Source: Octopus vulgaris (taxonomy: Eukaryota). From it: DNA of 64,000 nucleotides. Shown piece by piece: positions 27,731-41,338 of this stretch. Positions within the stretch are counted from its first letter, which is position 1. Every line of letters begins with the position of its first letter. The stretch covers positions 4,092,001 through 4,156,000 of the forward strand of contig OX597819.1 of the NCBI GenBank assembly GCA_951406725.2. Direction: 5' to 3'. Made by a program: the position numbers and the translations under genes. The notes under the pieces are model-generated. The model saw nothing but the letters and a program-made list of their open reading frames with translations, did no database searches and was not told the DNA's origin.

Positions 27731-29006
27731 TACCTCGTGCTGTTAATGCCTTTGACATAAGCATGAGCAGCACAAGAAAAATATATCTCCCTTCCCTAAA
27801 CGTATAGTGTATGTTCAGAAACGAATTGATCCACATTTAACAAAACGTAAGCTGCTTTTCGGTTGAGAAAACACAGCAATATAGCACACTGTGAGCTTAA
27901 TTTACTTGTTCTGTGTGCTTAATTTAGAAAAGGCGCAAAATACCGTAGAACTTCCTATTTCTAAAAAAATATGATGACAATAAATGGTCACCAGTAACAA
28001 AAAATCAGTTAGGGTGATTTATTATTCTCCGAGTACTCAAGTCATTTTTATGAAATGAAGCAACTATAATTCGGAACTGAAACCAGATCCTCAGGAGACT
28101 AGATTCTAGACTCCAGTTTCAGCCAAATGTTGGATAAGTGTAAGCATTACAGAATGTAGGATATAGATTTCAACTACATCAAGCTAATGACGACATCTGT
28201 TCAGAGAAACAGATCTTAATAGTAGAGATATTTTATGATAGACAAATAGAAAAAGTGATAAATAACTCTTACTGCATTTTGAGATTGCATTTAAGAAAAT
28301 ATAGGGAGAGATATGGTAATGAATGAAATTAGATTATTGATAAATAGAAATGGGGGTCTAAGATTGAACGGAGTGTGAGTGAATGAAGGGAAAAAAACTG
28401 GAAAAGAATAAAGAAACTTATTACAGTGATAGAGAAATAATGAAGAGGAAGTGAAAAAGGGGGAAAAGAATGTAGAAAATCGACAAAAAGTAAGAAGAAT
28501 GGAGAAATGAAGAAGAAAATGACAGTGAACTATAAAAAAAAGAAGAGAAATAATAAGAGTAAATACCTTAAAATGAGAAAGTGTAATGGTAATGAACAAT
28601 TACTTTTGTTTGTTTTCTTTATATCGTAAGTTTGCTATTTATTTGAAAACTCAATTAAGTATGCAATAATTGAAAGGAATTTAATGTCCATTTCGGTTAG
28701 GGTGCTCCCCTAACTTCAAACGTAGAACTCCTTTAATTCAATCCACGCAGAATTAGGGAGATTATTAAATGAATAACACATTCCCCTCACCACTAACACA
28801 ATGTAAACAGCGACATCATGGAATGGTAGGGGACAGATGTTGTATGGAAGGAGAAAACTAGGAGATTGTTCAAAACCCTTTTGTCATATTATTTACTTCA
28901 CAAACAAACTTGCTTATTTCTGTCATTCTCTTCACCGACAAATGCAACGGTTCAAATTTCAGCGAGGAAACGCTATCATCACCCACACTCAATTTTGCCA
29001 AACGAA

Positions 29007-29041
<35 letters not shown>

Positions 29042-30907
29042 CACTAACGGACACTAAAAATATGCTGTTTGTAAACTTTTTTTTTCAATCTGTTCTATTC
29101 TTAATTAAAAAATATTACACACCCATATTAACAGAAAATTACACGTCAAACATTTGTGTGTATGCATATCATATTGCATGAATGCATATTATGTTTCAGC
29201 TTCAACGAATATGTCTGGTTGGGTAAAATACTGCAATAGATAGCCTGAAGCCATACTACCCGTAAATTGATTTACATCGACTCTACTTTTATACCTACCC
29301 CCACTCACTAAAACACAAATTCTTTGCACTTCAGCTCTCCTCACCCACAACTCTCAAGACACCCGTTATAGATACTCTGAAACTCCATAGCCCTAAAATA
29401 ATTTACATTTATCCATCCTTGTTTGTTCCAGAACACCAATACACTTATCTTCGCATCTTACCCACAATGCACTCAGTGCACTTATCTTTCACTTATATTC
29501 TCAAGCTGCCAGTATATCCTACTTGAACCACCGTTTTACTTTACGAAATATTAGTCAATAACATGGCCTATATTTTTACTTTCAAATTACCTTCCCGATG
29601 CGAGCTTAAAATGCACTGATATTTAAACAAAGTCATTCCCAGAGGCTGCATAAAGATAATTTATACCTCTCACTCACATCGTCTTAGTTATATACAAGAA
29701 CGTTTTGATCCTATGGGGATGAAATGCAGCATGCATTTGATCAATTGTGAACCAACAGATATTATTGCCAATAATATATAACTCGTGCAATTCCTTAAGA
29801 CCTAACATGGCTTATACAATAATTTTTTAAAGATTTTCTGATGTTAATACATAAGTTCTACAATTACGCGTTTCATTTCCATTCTCTGTCTCTCATAATC
29901 GAATTACCGTCAGAATAGTTCAAAACTTTACTTGCAAAGAAAAGAAGCGCTTATATTTGTTTCAATAAAATAGGTTTTACGAAGCAAACCCAGCTATTTT
30001 AGCAATTCTATTAATATATTCAAAGGTAAGGTTTTGTAATAAATCGTTAAATTAGTGAATACCGAAGTGATTAACGCCCCCACCCCCACCCCCACCCCGC
30101 CCAAAAGAAATTACTCTGCTAGCAATCAGCTTACCTGAGAGGTATCTAAAGAAAATATTTCATTATAATAAATGTTAACTATTACAAAACCTTTTTAAAA
30201 CTACAACGAACTACTTTGTTATATAATCCTACCCCCCTCTTATTCCTCTGGTCTATGATTCTTTCTCATTGTGTGTGTGTGTGTGTGTGAGCATGTATGA
30301 CTTTCCTGCCACCAAGTCTAGTATGCGCACTCATGGTGCCCCTGTTATGTTAACTTTCTCTGTATTTCTCTCCCCTCTCTTTCTCTTCATCCACCTCTCT
30401 CTCTCTCTCATCTCTTTAAGATGTAAAGCATGACTGGAGAATCAACCAACCATCTAACCAGCAATCTAACCATCATTTAAATCAACTATTATGCGTGTGT
30501 CATGTATCTGCCATTCATTGAATATATAACTGTTATCATCTTTACCGTCCTGCTACCACTGTTTTTCGGTTTCCATGTTCCTCTACTGACTTTAACTTCT
30601 TATGTTAATATGCTTTATAACAGCCCCTTCTCCCGATCCCTACATGATATAAAGTATTCTGCTGACAGAAAAAATACATTTGTTTTTTGCCATTTGTATT
30701 TTTCGTCAGTAGAATGCTAAAAACATTATTTCGGTACAGATATATAATGTCGAAAATCAAAACAAGATCTAAGAGTTTTATTCTACTTAACTGATGATAT
30801 GCATATGCCACTATTTGTTGTGTGATATTAATTAACGCAGTATCGTTTATAATATATGTGACATTCAGCATTAAGCAGCGGGTAATTATGTGCTGAAACA
30901 ATTTTAG

Positions 30908-30941
<34 letters not shown>

Positions 30942-31165
30942 GTGTATGTGTGTATACGAGTCAGTGGACAAACAAAAGAAAAAAAGCGTTCGACACATTT
31001 TTGTACGAGTCAAATGTATTATTTGAAGCAGTTGGATTCGGTTCCATGCAACTGAAGTTTCGATGGTTTCTGTATGAAGACTATGTAATTGTTCCAAATG
31101 ATAAAAATGAAAATAATAATGATGATAACAACAACAACAACAACAACAACAACAATAATAATAAT

Positions 31166-31590
31166 GAATTTTTATCATGGATAGCCAACGAGAGAGAAGA
31201 AACTCTACTCCGCATGGAATTACATGGTCAATTCCATCGCGAAAGTAACAAATTAAAAGATCAGGCAGCATCATGGAGGTGGATCAGCAAAGGTGACCTA
31301 AAATGAATGCTGAAATCCTAATCATTGCTGCCTAGGATCAGGTATTAAATACCAACACAGTGAAAAGGAATATATACTACATAAGTGCAACGAACCTCTG
31401 CAGAATATGTGGGAAGAGGGTCAAAAGCGTGACTCACATTGTTAGTGCTCGCAAAAGTCTTGCGCAGAAAGAGTACAAGCGCAGACACGACAAGGGAGCC
31501 CAAAACCTTCACTGGCTACTATGCCGGAAATAAAGAGACAAGATAACAGGCGCCTGATACCAACATACACTATATACACACATAATAATG

Positions 31591-31687
<97 letters not shown>

Positions 31688-31910
31688 GGAGGAGGAGGAG
31701 GAGGATGGGGAGTTGGAGGAGGGAGTAGGAGGAGGGAGGGAGGGGCAGGAGGTGGAGGAGGATGCTGGAAAGATATAGTGCAATCATCGAGTCGAAAGAG
31801 TACAGGAGTCGGAAAAATGTAAGATTTTGTGGGACTTTCCACTTCAAACGGACAAGAAGTTAGAAAATTATAGACCGGACATAACAATTATAGACAAGGA
31901 TCGTAAATTC
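31166..31910 (+). pseudogene. R4/Dong-like non-LTR retrotransposon C-terminus (CCHC knuckle plus RLE endonuclease), split by a microsatellite block
   Basis: LHGQF..SWRWISKGDLK / IIAA*DQVLNT..CRICGKRVKSVTHIVS..EYKRRHDK..LHWLLCRK, then after 31570-31790 ERVQESEKCKILWDFPLQTDKKLENYRPDITIIDK. Confidence 0.85.
31583..31762. repeat. Compound triplet microsatellite (AAT)n-(AAG)n-(AGG)n
   Basis: Direct reading. Confidence 0.9.
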
Positions 31911-31933
31911 CAGGATCGTATAGAGAGGAAGAA

Positions 31934-32082
31934 AATAGTCACAATATTATTATTTAAAATATTTAAACGTACGGGTTGTGCGAATACAAATCTGTTAAAT
32001 AACCGTTCAGAGCTATGACCATCTTGCATACATTGCATAACCCGTACGTTTAAATATTTTAAATAATAATATTGTAACTATT
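31934..32082. repeat. Inverted repeat, 48-bp arms (2 mismatches), 53-bp spacer
   Basis: 31934-31981 versus 32035-32082. Confidence 0.85.
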
Positions 32083-32885
32083 CCGAAATTTTTCAAATTC
32101 TAATTCTTTATAACCAAATAAAAATGAAAATACCATACTGATTTTTAATTCAACATACATAGATTACTAAAAAAACTTCATTGCAAACTTGGAATTAAAT
32201 TCTCCCTTTTTTCTTTTTTTTTTTTGATAATCTCCTATGCTAAATAGTATAAAGTCTATGTCCCTAAAGAAACTACTCAGTTCACCTCGATTATCTCACT
32301 TCCACTTCTTAATATATCATTAACCTAGGATATTTTTACCTAACTAATTAGCCTTTCTCCGCAGGTAGTAAATACTATGTCTAACAGATTCTATATTTTA
32401 ATTCATTAATAACATTTCACTATCTACGAAATCTGAGTAATTTACAAAATCTGTTTGCCAAATAGTAGTAAACAGCCTCTGTAGCATTACAACCCTTTCT
32501 CTACCTTAATTTCTTTATATAGAACTTTGACTTTCACCCCTATTTCTATAAATAGAAAATCTTTCTTATCTTCTTTCAATTGATCATTCTTCCCAAACCT
32601 TCTAACAGTTCAAAACAACTGAATATTCTGAATATTCTTGAGTCAGTTGATAAACTCTACTACCTAAATGTCTTAAAATTTAAGTCGACATCCTTGTCTA
32701 TATATCTACCTTCTCTATAATGTTATCAATTTATATGAAAATTATGTATTAATGGAAAACCTCTATTAATGGCTGATGATTGCTCAGCATTTTAAAACTG
32801 TTGTAATACTTACAACATTTAATAAAATGATGTAGCGTGAAACGATCGTACCAAATTACCGAAGTTATTCTTGTTGCTTTTTTTG

Positions 32886-32941
<56 letters not shown>

Positions 32942-33616
32942 TGTATGTATGTATGTATGTCTATATGCGTATATTATAAATTATATAATTATGTATGCAT
33001 ACACAGCTTGCACTATAGCACAACCCACTCAACAACTCTGTTTCGTAACGATCACTGCAGAGAGAGGTGTATGTTAAGCAACATACTTTTAGGTGTGCAT
33101 GTGCGCGTGTGTGTGTCTGTCTGTCTGTCTGTGTGTATGTTTGTGTGTGTGTGTGTGTGCGTGTGTGTGTGTGTCTGTGTCTGTGTGTATGTTTGTGTGT
33201 GTGTGTGCGTGTGTGTGTCTGAGTGTTTGTTTTTGTGCAGAATGACTTAGGCAAAGTAAGCTCCAGGCAAGTGAAATATGGTTATCGCGTTTAATTTATA
33301 TCAATTTCCCTTCATTACTTTCGGCCCTTATAAATTCTCCATTCTCTGACCCTTTATTTGTTTATGTATTTATTATATTATCGTATTTTACGAAGAATGG
33401 TGTTGTTGGCTGCTCGTTTTCAACGGAGCAATCGTTGGAGAGAAAAGGAAGTGTCTATGTAAGTAGGACGATAAAATACCACTTATTTATATCGGAAAGC
33501 GTTATCGTCTGCTATTTCTTCTGTCCGAAAATTTCAGTTTCAACCATAAAATATATACAAATTAGCAAATTCTTCCTTTCCACGTGCGCCTGTGTGTGTG
33601 TGTGTGTGTGTGCGCG

Positions 33617-33651
<35 letters not shown>

Positions 33652-33652
33652 C

Positions 33653-33688
<36 letters not shown>

Positions 33689-33702
33689 CGTGTGTGTGTG
33701 TA

Positions 33703-33808
<106 letters not shown>

Positions 33809-33894
33809 CGCGCGTGCGTGTATATACGTATCGTCAGCTGTTCATATATCCAAGAAAGAAGCATGCTCTAAAAAAATTAAAGTATAATTATATT

Positions 33895-34038
33895 TAGAGG
33901 GTTGTTTGTTATTAGGGGTCAGAGAGAGACCATTGATTTCGCACCTACAAAGCGCTTAGCCATTTGAGGCTGAAGAGTCGCCTATACAGCTAATTGAAAC
34001 CAATGGTCACTTTCTGACCTGCCATAACAAACAACCCG

Positions 34039-34041
<3 letters not shown>
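33895..34041. mobile_element. MITE copy 2, TA-flanked (Tc1/mariner-type ends)
   Basis: tagagggttgtttgttat ... ataacaaacaacccgcta; inner IR gaccattgatttc / gaaaccaatggtc. Confidence 0.75.
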
Positions 34042-34076
<35 letters not shown>

Positions 34077-35105
34077 TACATTTGCTTACAATCATATTTC
34101 TTTTCACAGCTAAATCAATGAAATTTATAAAATTTAAATCGCTTTATAGTTTCATCCGGTTTCTCAGTATTTCAGAATTAGGATTTCGTCCTCGGGAAAT
34201 ATTTGGAGAAAACTAGATTATCGCTGACTTATGCACACATACACACACGTAAGACTTGTGCATAGTTGCTGCTGTCAGTTATCATTCAAAGGGAAGACAT
34301 TGATCAAATCGTAGCTGAGAAAGAAGACACTTTCTCTTGGTGTCTTGCAAATGGTCTGATCGGGGAACCACTCGATTGAAAAGCAATGCTTCATCCACGA
34401 TGCCATATTTGGTTGTACTCATTGACTTCGATTACTATTTGACTGCATTTAAGAAATTATAATATGTTTCTGTCCACCTAGCCGAAAAGATTATATAAAT
34501 GGCGTGTTTTTGATGTTCTCGTCTTTCCTAAGAACAGAAAGCAAGAAATACTCTCGAATGTGACATTGAACACGCGTCGCAGAATCGACTTGTCAGGGGC
34601 GTACCACTGCTCCGTTGCACGTTCTTTGACTATTTTAATTGATAAAAGTTTTATATGTATGTATGTGTATGTTTGTTTGTATGTATGTATGTGTGTATGT
34701 ATGTATGTATGTATGTATGTATGTATGTATGTATGTATGTATGTATGTATTCATGTATGTATGAATACATATATGTGTGTATGTATGTATGTATGTGTGT
34801 GTATGTATGTTAGTGTATGTATGCATACATATATCTCCTTTCACTTGTTTCAGTCATTTAACAGCGGCCATGTATATATATATATATATATACATTGCCT
34901 GGGAGACTCTTCTTAAAGTAGAAGAAATAGCTAAATTCTTTGGCTGCTATTTCTAAAAGTTCGGTGTGTTGTAAAGCAATATTTTTGCTGAACCCCAATT
35001 ATATAAAGTAATGTTTAAATTTACCGTTAAATGGTCCTTTTACATACTGAACACTGCTTGGTAAAATTATTAATTACTAATTAATTAATTAATTTTACCT
35101 TTATT

Positions 35106-35182
<77 letters not shown>

Positions 35183-35188
35183 CATACA

Positions 35189-35219
<31 letters not shown>

Positions 35220-35308
35220 GCATGCATATAGAGTGAGTGGATTTGGTAGACGGTAACCGAAAGAAAGCCTTCTGGTATATATGTGTGTATATGTGTGTAT
35301 ATGTGTGT

Positions 35309-35376
<68 letters not shown>

Positions 35377-35384
35377 ACAGATAG

Positions 35385-35542
35385 ACGACGGGCTTCTTTC
35401 AATTTCCGTCTCCGAAATTCACTCACAAGGCCTTGGTCGACCCAAAGCTATAGTAGAAAGCACTCAGTCAAGTTGTCATGCAGTGGGACTGGACCCGGAA
35501 CCAAGTGGTTGGGAAGGAAGCTTCTTAGCACACAGCCATGCC
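35385..35542 (-). mobile_element. SINE family A 5' half (a short opposite-orientation fragment lies at 35235-35277)
   Basis: gacgggcttctttcaatttccgtc..cagtgggactggacccggaacc..cacacagccatgcc. Confidence 0.8.
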
Positions 35543-36723
35543 TGCCTATGTAGCCTATATAAACAACAAATTTTCCTTGAGGTATAGTCTACGAAATTCA
35601 CTTGCAAGGCATTGTTCGACTTGTAAAAGATAGTAAAGGATATTTACTCAAAGTGCTGCACATGTGTTTGTATGTTTATACGTATGTATATGCATTTATT
35701 AAAGCTAAGTTTCTGGAATATTTTGCATATTTTCACAGTTCTATTGCCTAATAGTATTTTTAAAAAAAATTTATCCTGTCTTCACGAAATTCGGTTTCTC
35801 AGTATTGTTGCTGGGACATTTAGGCACATGTTAAAGTTTTCTAATAATTACAGGTATAAATATAATCCGGGTATAGCTACTGTGGATATTACATTTGTTC
35901 TCCATAGATGATTTCTGTTGAACTTCTCTTTAACATTATGTTAACATCTGCTGATTTAATCTGCTGTGTACTCGTTCTTTTTAGTCCCAAATCATTTTGT
36001 CGGGACTTCTTGCCTAAATATTGGTTTCAAATTTTGACACATAGTCAACAATTCCGGTGGGAGTGGGTAAGTCGATTTTCCTAATATACAGTAATAATTT
36101 GGAATTATATTCACTACTGAGTTAAAGTAGTAGATATAATACAGAGAAAGGAGAAAAGCAAGTGATCTTGTATCTGATGAATGCTATAAACGAAGAGATT
36201 CCGAAAGGCTAGGTAAAATAGAAGAAATATTTATTATATATTTTGTCAGTCAAGTAGTAAGTATTCTCTGAAATTACCTTTTGAGGTGAAGGTCATTGAT
36301 ACAAACAATTAATGGTTATGTCACCTTATTGATTTGATCTTCATATTAAAATTCATTAGTGAATTTTATTAGTGTAGTATATATGTTCAAATAAATGGAA
36401 ATATATAGATGCCACTGTACAATTCATTTACAGATATTATTATAATTTACAAATAATTTACAAATATTTTTTCACATACATAGCCAAGTATAAATAAACA
36501 TCAACATGACCAATATATCGGGAAAATATTCATTTTAAATATATAAGCACATTAGTAAAAAAAAGGCAATCGAAGGAAAAAAGAAAGATTATAAGAATGA
36601 GCTTGGAATGAAAAAGAGCTGAGTCGAATTGGGAAAGAATACCAAATGGGGAGTCAGCTCAGTGTTTTATATGTTCTACTAAGTAAAGTCTTCGGGTGAG
36701 TGACTAACACAAACAATTTTCAC

Positions 36724-36754
<31 letters not shown>

Positions 36755-37180
36755 TGTATGTGTGTGTGTATGTATGTATGTATGTATGTATGTATGCATG
36801 TGTGCATGTACGTATTATATTTATATATATATATAATTGTATGTATGTATGTACGCATGCGTGTATATATTATATATATATATATATATGTATATTTGTA
36901 TATATAAATATAGATATTATGTACATGCTCACATAAATAGAGTCCCGCATGCACACACATGTGCCTGATTGTTTGTATATATACGTACATATATGTCCTA
37001 ATGACTAGGCATGTATATATATGCATGCGGCTATGGTTTTGTATTTAATGTTTTTATATGCATACATTTATGTCTGCTTGTATTTACACGTGCAAGTGTA
37101 TACTTAGTTGTTACCCTCTTGTTCTCCTATCCTGTCATTTTTTCTAACTGTGCGATTGCATGTGTGTGTGTGTGCGATTG

Positions 37181-37223
<43 letters not shown>

Positions 37224-38008
37224 GTGTGTGTGTGTGTATGTGTGTATGTGAGAGAGAGAGAGAGAAAGAGAGAAAATGGACTAGTCGGGGACCACACATG
37301 AGTACTCAGTAACAAAAAATAAGATAAGGAATTATTGTTACTGAACAACCTGCAAAAAGAATTTGTTTTAAATGAAGTATATTTGCACAAAGCCCATCGC
37401 ACACTCACCCCCAATTGTATGACCTAAACTGATATATTGCGCCACGTGCCAAACACAAAAGAACGCATGTAAAGATGTAAAACCCACCAAGCTTGGCACT
37501 GGGTCCCTTTACCGTCACAGTCCACATCGCATATGAAGTGTCCTTTTCTTTTGTCAACCAAAATCAGACATATATGCAGGAATGCAGGAAACAGCATATT
37601 TAAGAGCAGGATGTTTGAAACCCCTTTCTTTCATGGTTCAGATTTTGTGGTCGTAGAGCGCGTTTGTGCAGCGTTTCTATGTGCCCACGATTTAGTATTT
37701 CTATGCGACCATGCAAATAGTAAGTGTTGATTTTGTGTTTGGTTCATTCATCCTTTACGCAGGTCTTGTTTTTGTTTTGCAGGATGTATGGCGACACTCC
37801 TTACCGACCAAACCTGATAACGGTGCTAATTTAGTCACCGACGAACTGATCACGTCACAGGATATATAGGATTACATGGTATTTGGTAATTCTTGGAGCA
37901 GCCTATCATAATGCTACACACATATATATATACACACAAACACAGGCCCGCATGCATACACACACACACACACAGGCCCGCGTGCAAACACACACACAGG
38001 CCCGCGTG

Positions 38009-38047
<39 letters not shown>

Positions 38048-38455
38048 CTGTACGCATTTGTATGTCTGCGTTGCATTTCCTTTCGTTTCTTCCTTCCTGT
38101 CTTCAACGCTTTCAACTCAGCTGGTTTTATAATCTCTCTCTCTCTGACCATCGCTACTCTTCCCTAGCCTTCGCCACTTCAAACCGTTCTCTTATTTTCA
38201 CTTCTGTATCACTTTCTCTACCACCATTGTATATATACTTCAACGCCAATGCATATTTCTCTTCTTCTGAGTAAGAGTTCTATGCAAAGCACAAGACAAA
38301 ACGTATTTCCTCACGACAGAAAACATTAATTCACCGTTTGAATTATTTCATTATTTTTTGCTGATAAAAAAATATCCCTCAGGTCATCGGATTCTACGAT
38401 AATTGTCGCAGATTCGGATTGAACCTGGACCTACAAAACGATGACTTTTGACGTT

Positions 38456-38487
<32 letters not shown>

Positions 38488-39038
38488 TCAATTAAAGCTT
38501 AACAAAGATAATTTCCTAATAGATCTGCTCTGGAATTCACGAAACAGGGCTTTTAATTCTTACTAAATTGATAGTACCACCCAAAAATGTAAATTACTAC
38601 AATCCGGACGAGGATAAGAACTATCCGTTGCCTGAAACATCAAAAGCTATCCTAGAGTGATAATGACGACTAACCGAATTTCTTGTTTCAGCCGTCATCA
38701 CAATATTTTACAATCCCTAAATCCTTCGCGGCCCACCACCTACCTCAACATATAAAGTAGCTCGGTGGAAGCCTTGAAAGCGATCTGTTTAATAGTCCAT
38801 TAAATTTTCCCACTGATCTCATCTTTTTCCGCAACTGACAATGTGACAGTCGGCTAAAAGACTGATAATGTTAAAAGCAACAACAGAAGCAATAACCGGA
38901 TCGATGACAATGTGATATGGACGATACGAGTTGAGCTGTTCGTACAATCTTCCAAATGTTTGTGGTTAAATGCATCACATTATTATACATACGAGAGGGG
39001 GGGGTGTATGTGTGTATATATATATATATATATTGGTG

Positions 39039-39072
<34 letters not shown>

Positions 39073-39251
39073 ATAATAAATATTAGGGAATAAATCCAAA
39101 TTTACAGGGAAAAAAATCAGATTTAGGATTAAATCCAATTTTATAGTAAAATATTATAAAATATTATTAGAGACAAAACCACTATTTTGCAAAACAAACA
39201 AGGAAAGACTTAATCAATACATAAAATTTTAATAAATAGTAAAAAAAACCG

Positions 39252-39294
39252 CCACTACAATCGTTTCTTGTCTTGATCGACAATCTTCAGGTGG
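39252..39294 (-). ncRNA. Minimal hammerhead ribozyme in the palindrome left arm (intact core)
   Basis: Minus: ccac|CTGAAGA|ttgtc gatcaa gacaa|GAAAC GATT GTA|gtgg. Confidence 0.75.
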
Positions 39295-39360
39295 ACTTCA
39301 ATTTACAAGTCAGTTTCAAATTATAAATTTATAATTTGAAACTGACTTGTAAATTGAAGT

Positions 39361-39403
39361 CCACCAGAAGATTGTCGATCAAGACAAGAAACGATTGTAG
39401 TGG
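39361..39403 (+). ncRNA. Mirror hammerhead copy with a core mutation (CAGAAGA)
   Basis: ccac|CAGAAGA|ttgtc gatcaa gacaa|GAAAC GATT GTA|gtgg; T>A at 39366. Confidence 0.6.
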
Positions 39404-39784
39404 CGGTTTTTTTGACTATTTATTAAAATTTTATGTATTGATTAAGTCTTTCCTTGTTTGTTTTGCAAAATAGTGGTTTTGTCTCTAATAATATTATATA
39501 TATATATATATATAAAATTATAAATGAGGGTGAAAAATCGATATTAATTTAATAATACCATTAATTTAACACCAAGTGGCTTAGCACAAAAAACTACGGA
39601 GAAAATATGTATAACTCTCTAATAATTTATATATATATATATATATATTTTACACACACACATATACATATATACATACATACATACATAAATATATATA
39701 TATATTTTACACACACACATACATATATACATACATACATATATGCATACATACATATGTGTGCGTCAATTCTATGTTTGTGTA

Positions 39785-39995
39785 TGTAAGTTTGCAGGTG
39801 TTTTTCTGTCTGTAGTTGATCCTCAAACCGATGATGGTTTGTTTATTTTCACCCGTAACTTAGCGATTCAACTAAAAAAAATAGTACTAGAATAAATACC
39901 ACAATTCAAGAACAAAAGTGTAGGAGATTGATTTATCCAACTATAGCCTTCGAAATGGTATCCTAGCATGGCCGTACTTTTATGACTGAAACAAG
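39785..39995 (+). mobile_element. SINE family A 3' half, degenerate
   Basis: ccgtaacttagcgattc..agcatggccgtac..tgactgaaacaagta. Confidence 0.65.
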
Positions 39996-40704
39996 TATCT
40001 ATCTACCTGAGAAGACATGCATAAAAGAGTTAGTTTGTGTGTCTTGTATTTGTATGTGTGTATTTGTATGTGTGTGTCAGTGTATGTGAGTTTGTGTATG
40101 CGTATCCTTTCTCTGTTTAGATGTGTGTGTGTGCGCGCGTACCTGTGTATGTGTGTGTGTGTATTTGTAGTTTTAGTGAACAGCATACTCTATTTTTCTT
40201 CTGAACAAATAACAGTAAATGTTATAAATAATTTGCCATCCCGTGAACCCCATATAAAAGTCTTGCGCACAAACACCATTGCCTTGATCATATAACAAAA
40301 CAGAAACATAAATAGCGAGAACCTTACACTTGCTTACATTATGGCGCCTTTATTACACTTCCCCTTAAATACATAGATAATTCCTGAATCAGATACAAGC
40401 ATGTTGTTCTTTCCTTTTCTCAAATGAATGAATTAGTTTTGTCCAAGAAGCAAAATTTAGAATAGCAAAGCGAAACACCACGTAGTAAGTAGTCCGACAG
40501 CCTTTCGTTAATGTCAGTTGGTCAATCCTTAAACGTCGCATATTGTCAAGACGTTTGACTTCCTTTAAGTTGTAGAGCGAAACGGAACTGTTTAATGTTC
40601 ATATTTTCCAAATGACTTGCATTAATGTAAGTTGTTTCCCAGTTTCAACGAAGAACTTCACCTCTCAGAAACGCACTTTATGATATATATATATATATAT
40701 ATAT

Positions 40705-40739
<35 letters not shown>

Positions 40740-40751
40740 TAGATATATATT

Positions 40752-40861
40752 ACCGTGACCGACCAGGCTATCAGATGTTGCTACACATCGCTGGTCACAA
40801 TGCGCTTCGCATTGTTTTAGCCTTCAAGTGACGCCACCCACTGGCTAAGCGAGCAGGCCAA
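40752..40861 (-). mobile_element. 3' tail of SINE family C (same tail as 56571)
   Basis: accgtgaccgaccaggctatcagatgttgctacacatcgctggtcacaatgcgcttcgcattg identical to 56581-56643. Confidence 0.85.
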
Positions 40862-40870
40862 TATATATAT

Positions 40871-41006
<136 letters not shown>

Positions 41007-41010
41007 ATAA

Positions 41011-41250
41011 GTGACAATTATTCAATAGCCAAGATAAAACTCTGAGTTTCGGATGCCGAAGTGGAAATCCACAACAGCATCTCTTCGGTTATCTGGCCAT
41101 CTGTTGTGGATTTCCACCTCGGCATCCGAAACTCAGAGTTTTATCTTGGCTATTGAATAATTGTCACATATTATTTCAAGGATAAATCTCCTCTATTTAC
41201 ATAATATTGATGACTCTTTCTTTCTTTTGTTATCTTACCGTTTTTACCAA
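41011..41250. mobile_element. PLE pLTR-like foldback: 67-bp arms (41011-41077 / 41101-41167) plus an extension ending gttatcttaccgtttttaccaa(TA)n
   Basis: Arms differ at 1 position; flanked by (GT)n and (TA)n; terminus shared with 7767-7789. Confidence 0.8.
41033..41093 (-). ncRNA. Hammerhead motif with core variant CCGAAGA
   Basis: Minus: gataa|CCGAAGA|gatgctg..gtgg attt ccac..cggcatc c|GAAAC TCAGA GTT|ttatc; perfect 5-bp stem I. Confidence 0.65.
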
Positions 41251-41304
41251 TATATATATATATATATATACATACATACATACATACATACATACATACA
41301 TACA

Positions 41305-41338
<34 letters not shown>

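Larger units (their letters stand above)
39160..39495. repeat. 336-bp near-perfect palindrome with no spacer (tail-to-tail PLE pLTR-like) in (TA)n
   Basis: Axis between 39327 and 39328; only 2 mismatches seen between the arms. Confidence 0.95.

Noticed and set aside
36165-36225. CTGATGA...GAAA...GTA hammerhead-like spacing
   Set aside because: Stems I and II do not pair; at best a very old relic.
37492-37513. cttggcactggg resembling miR-96/263 family 5' ends
   Set aside because: The 3' half does not match and no precursor hairpin is evident.
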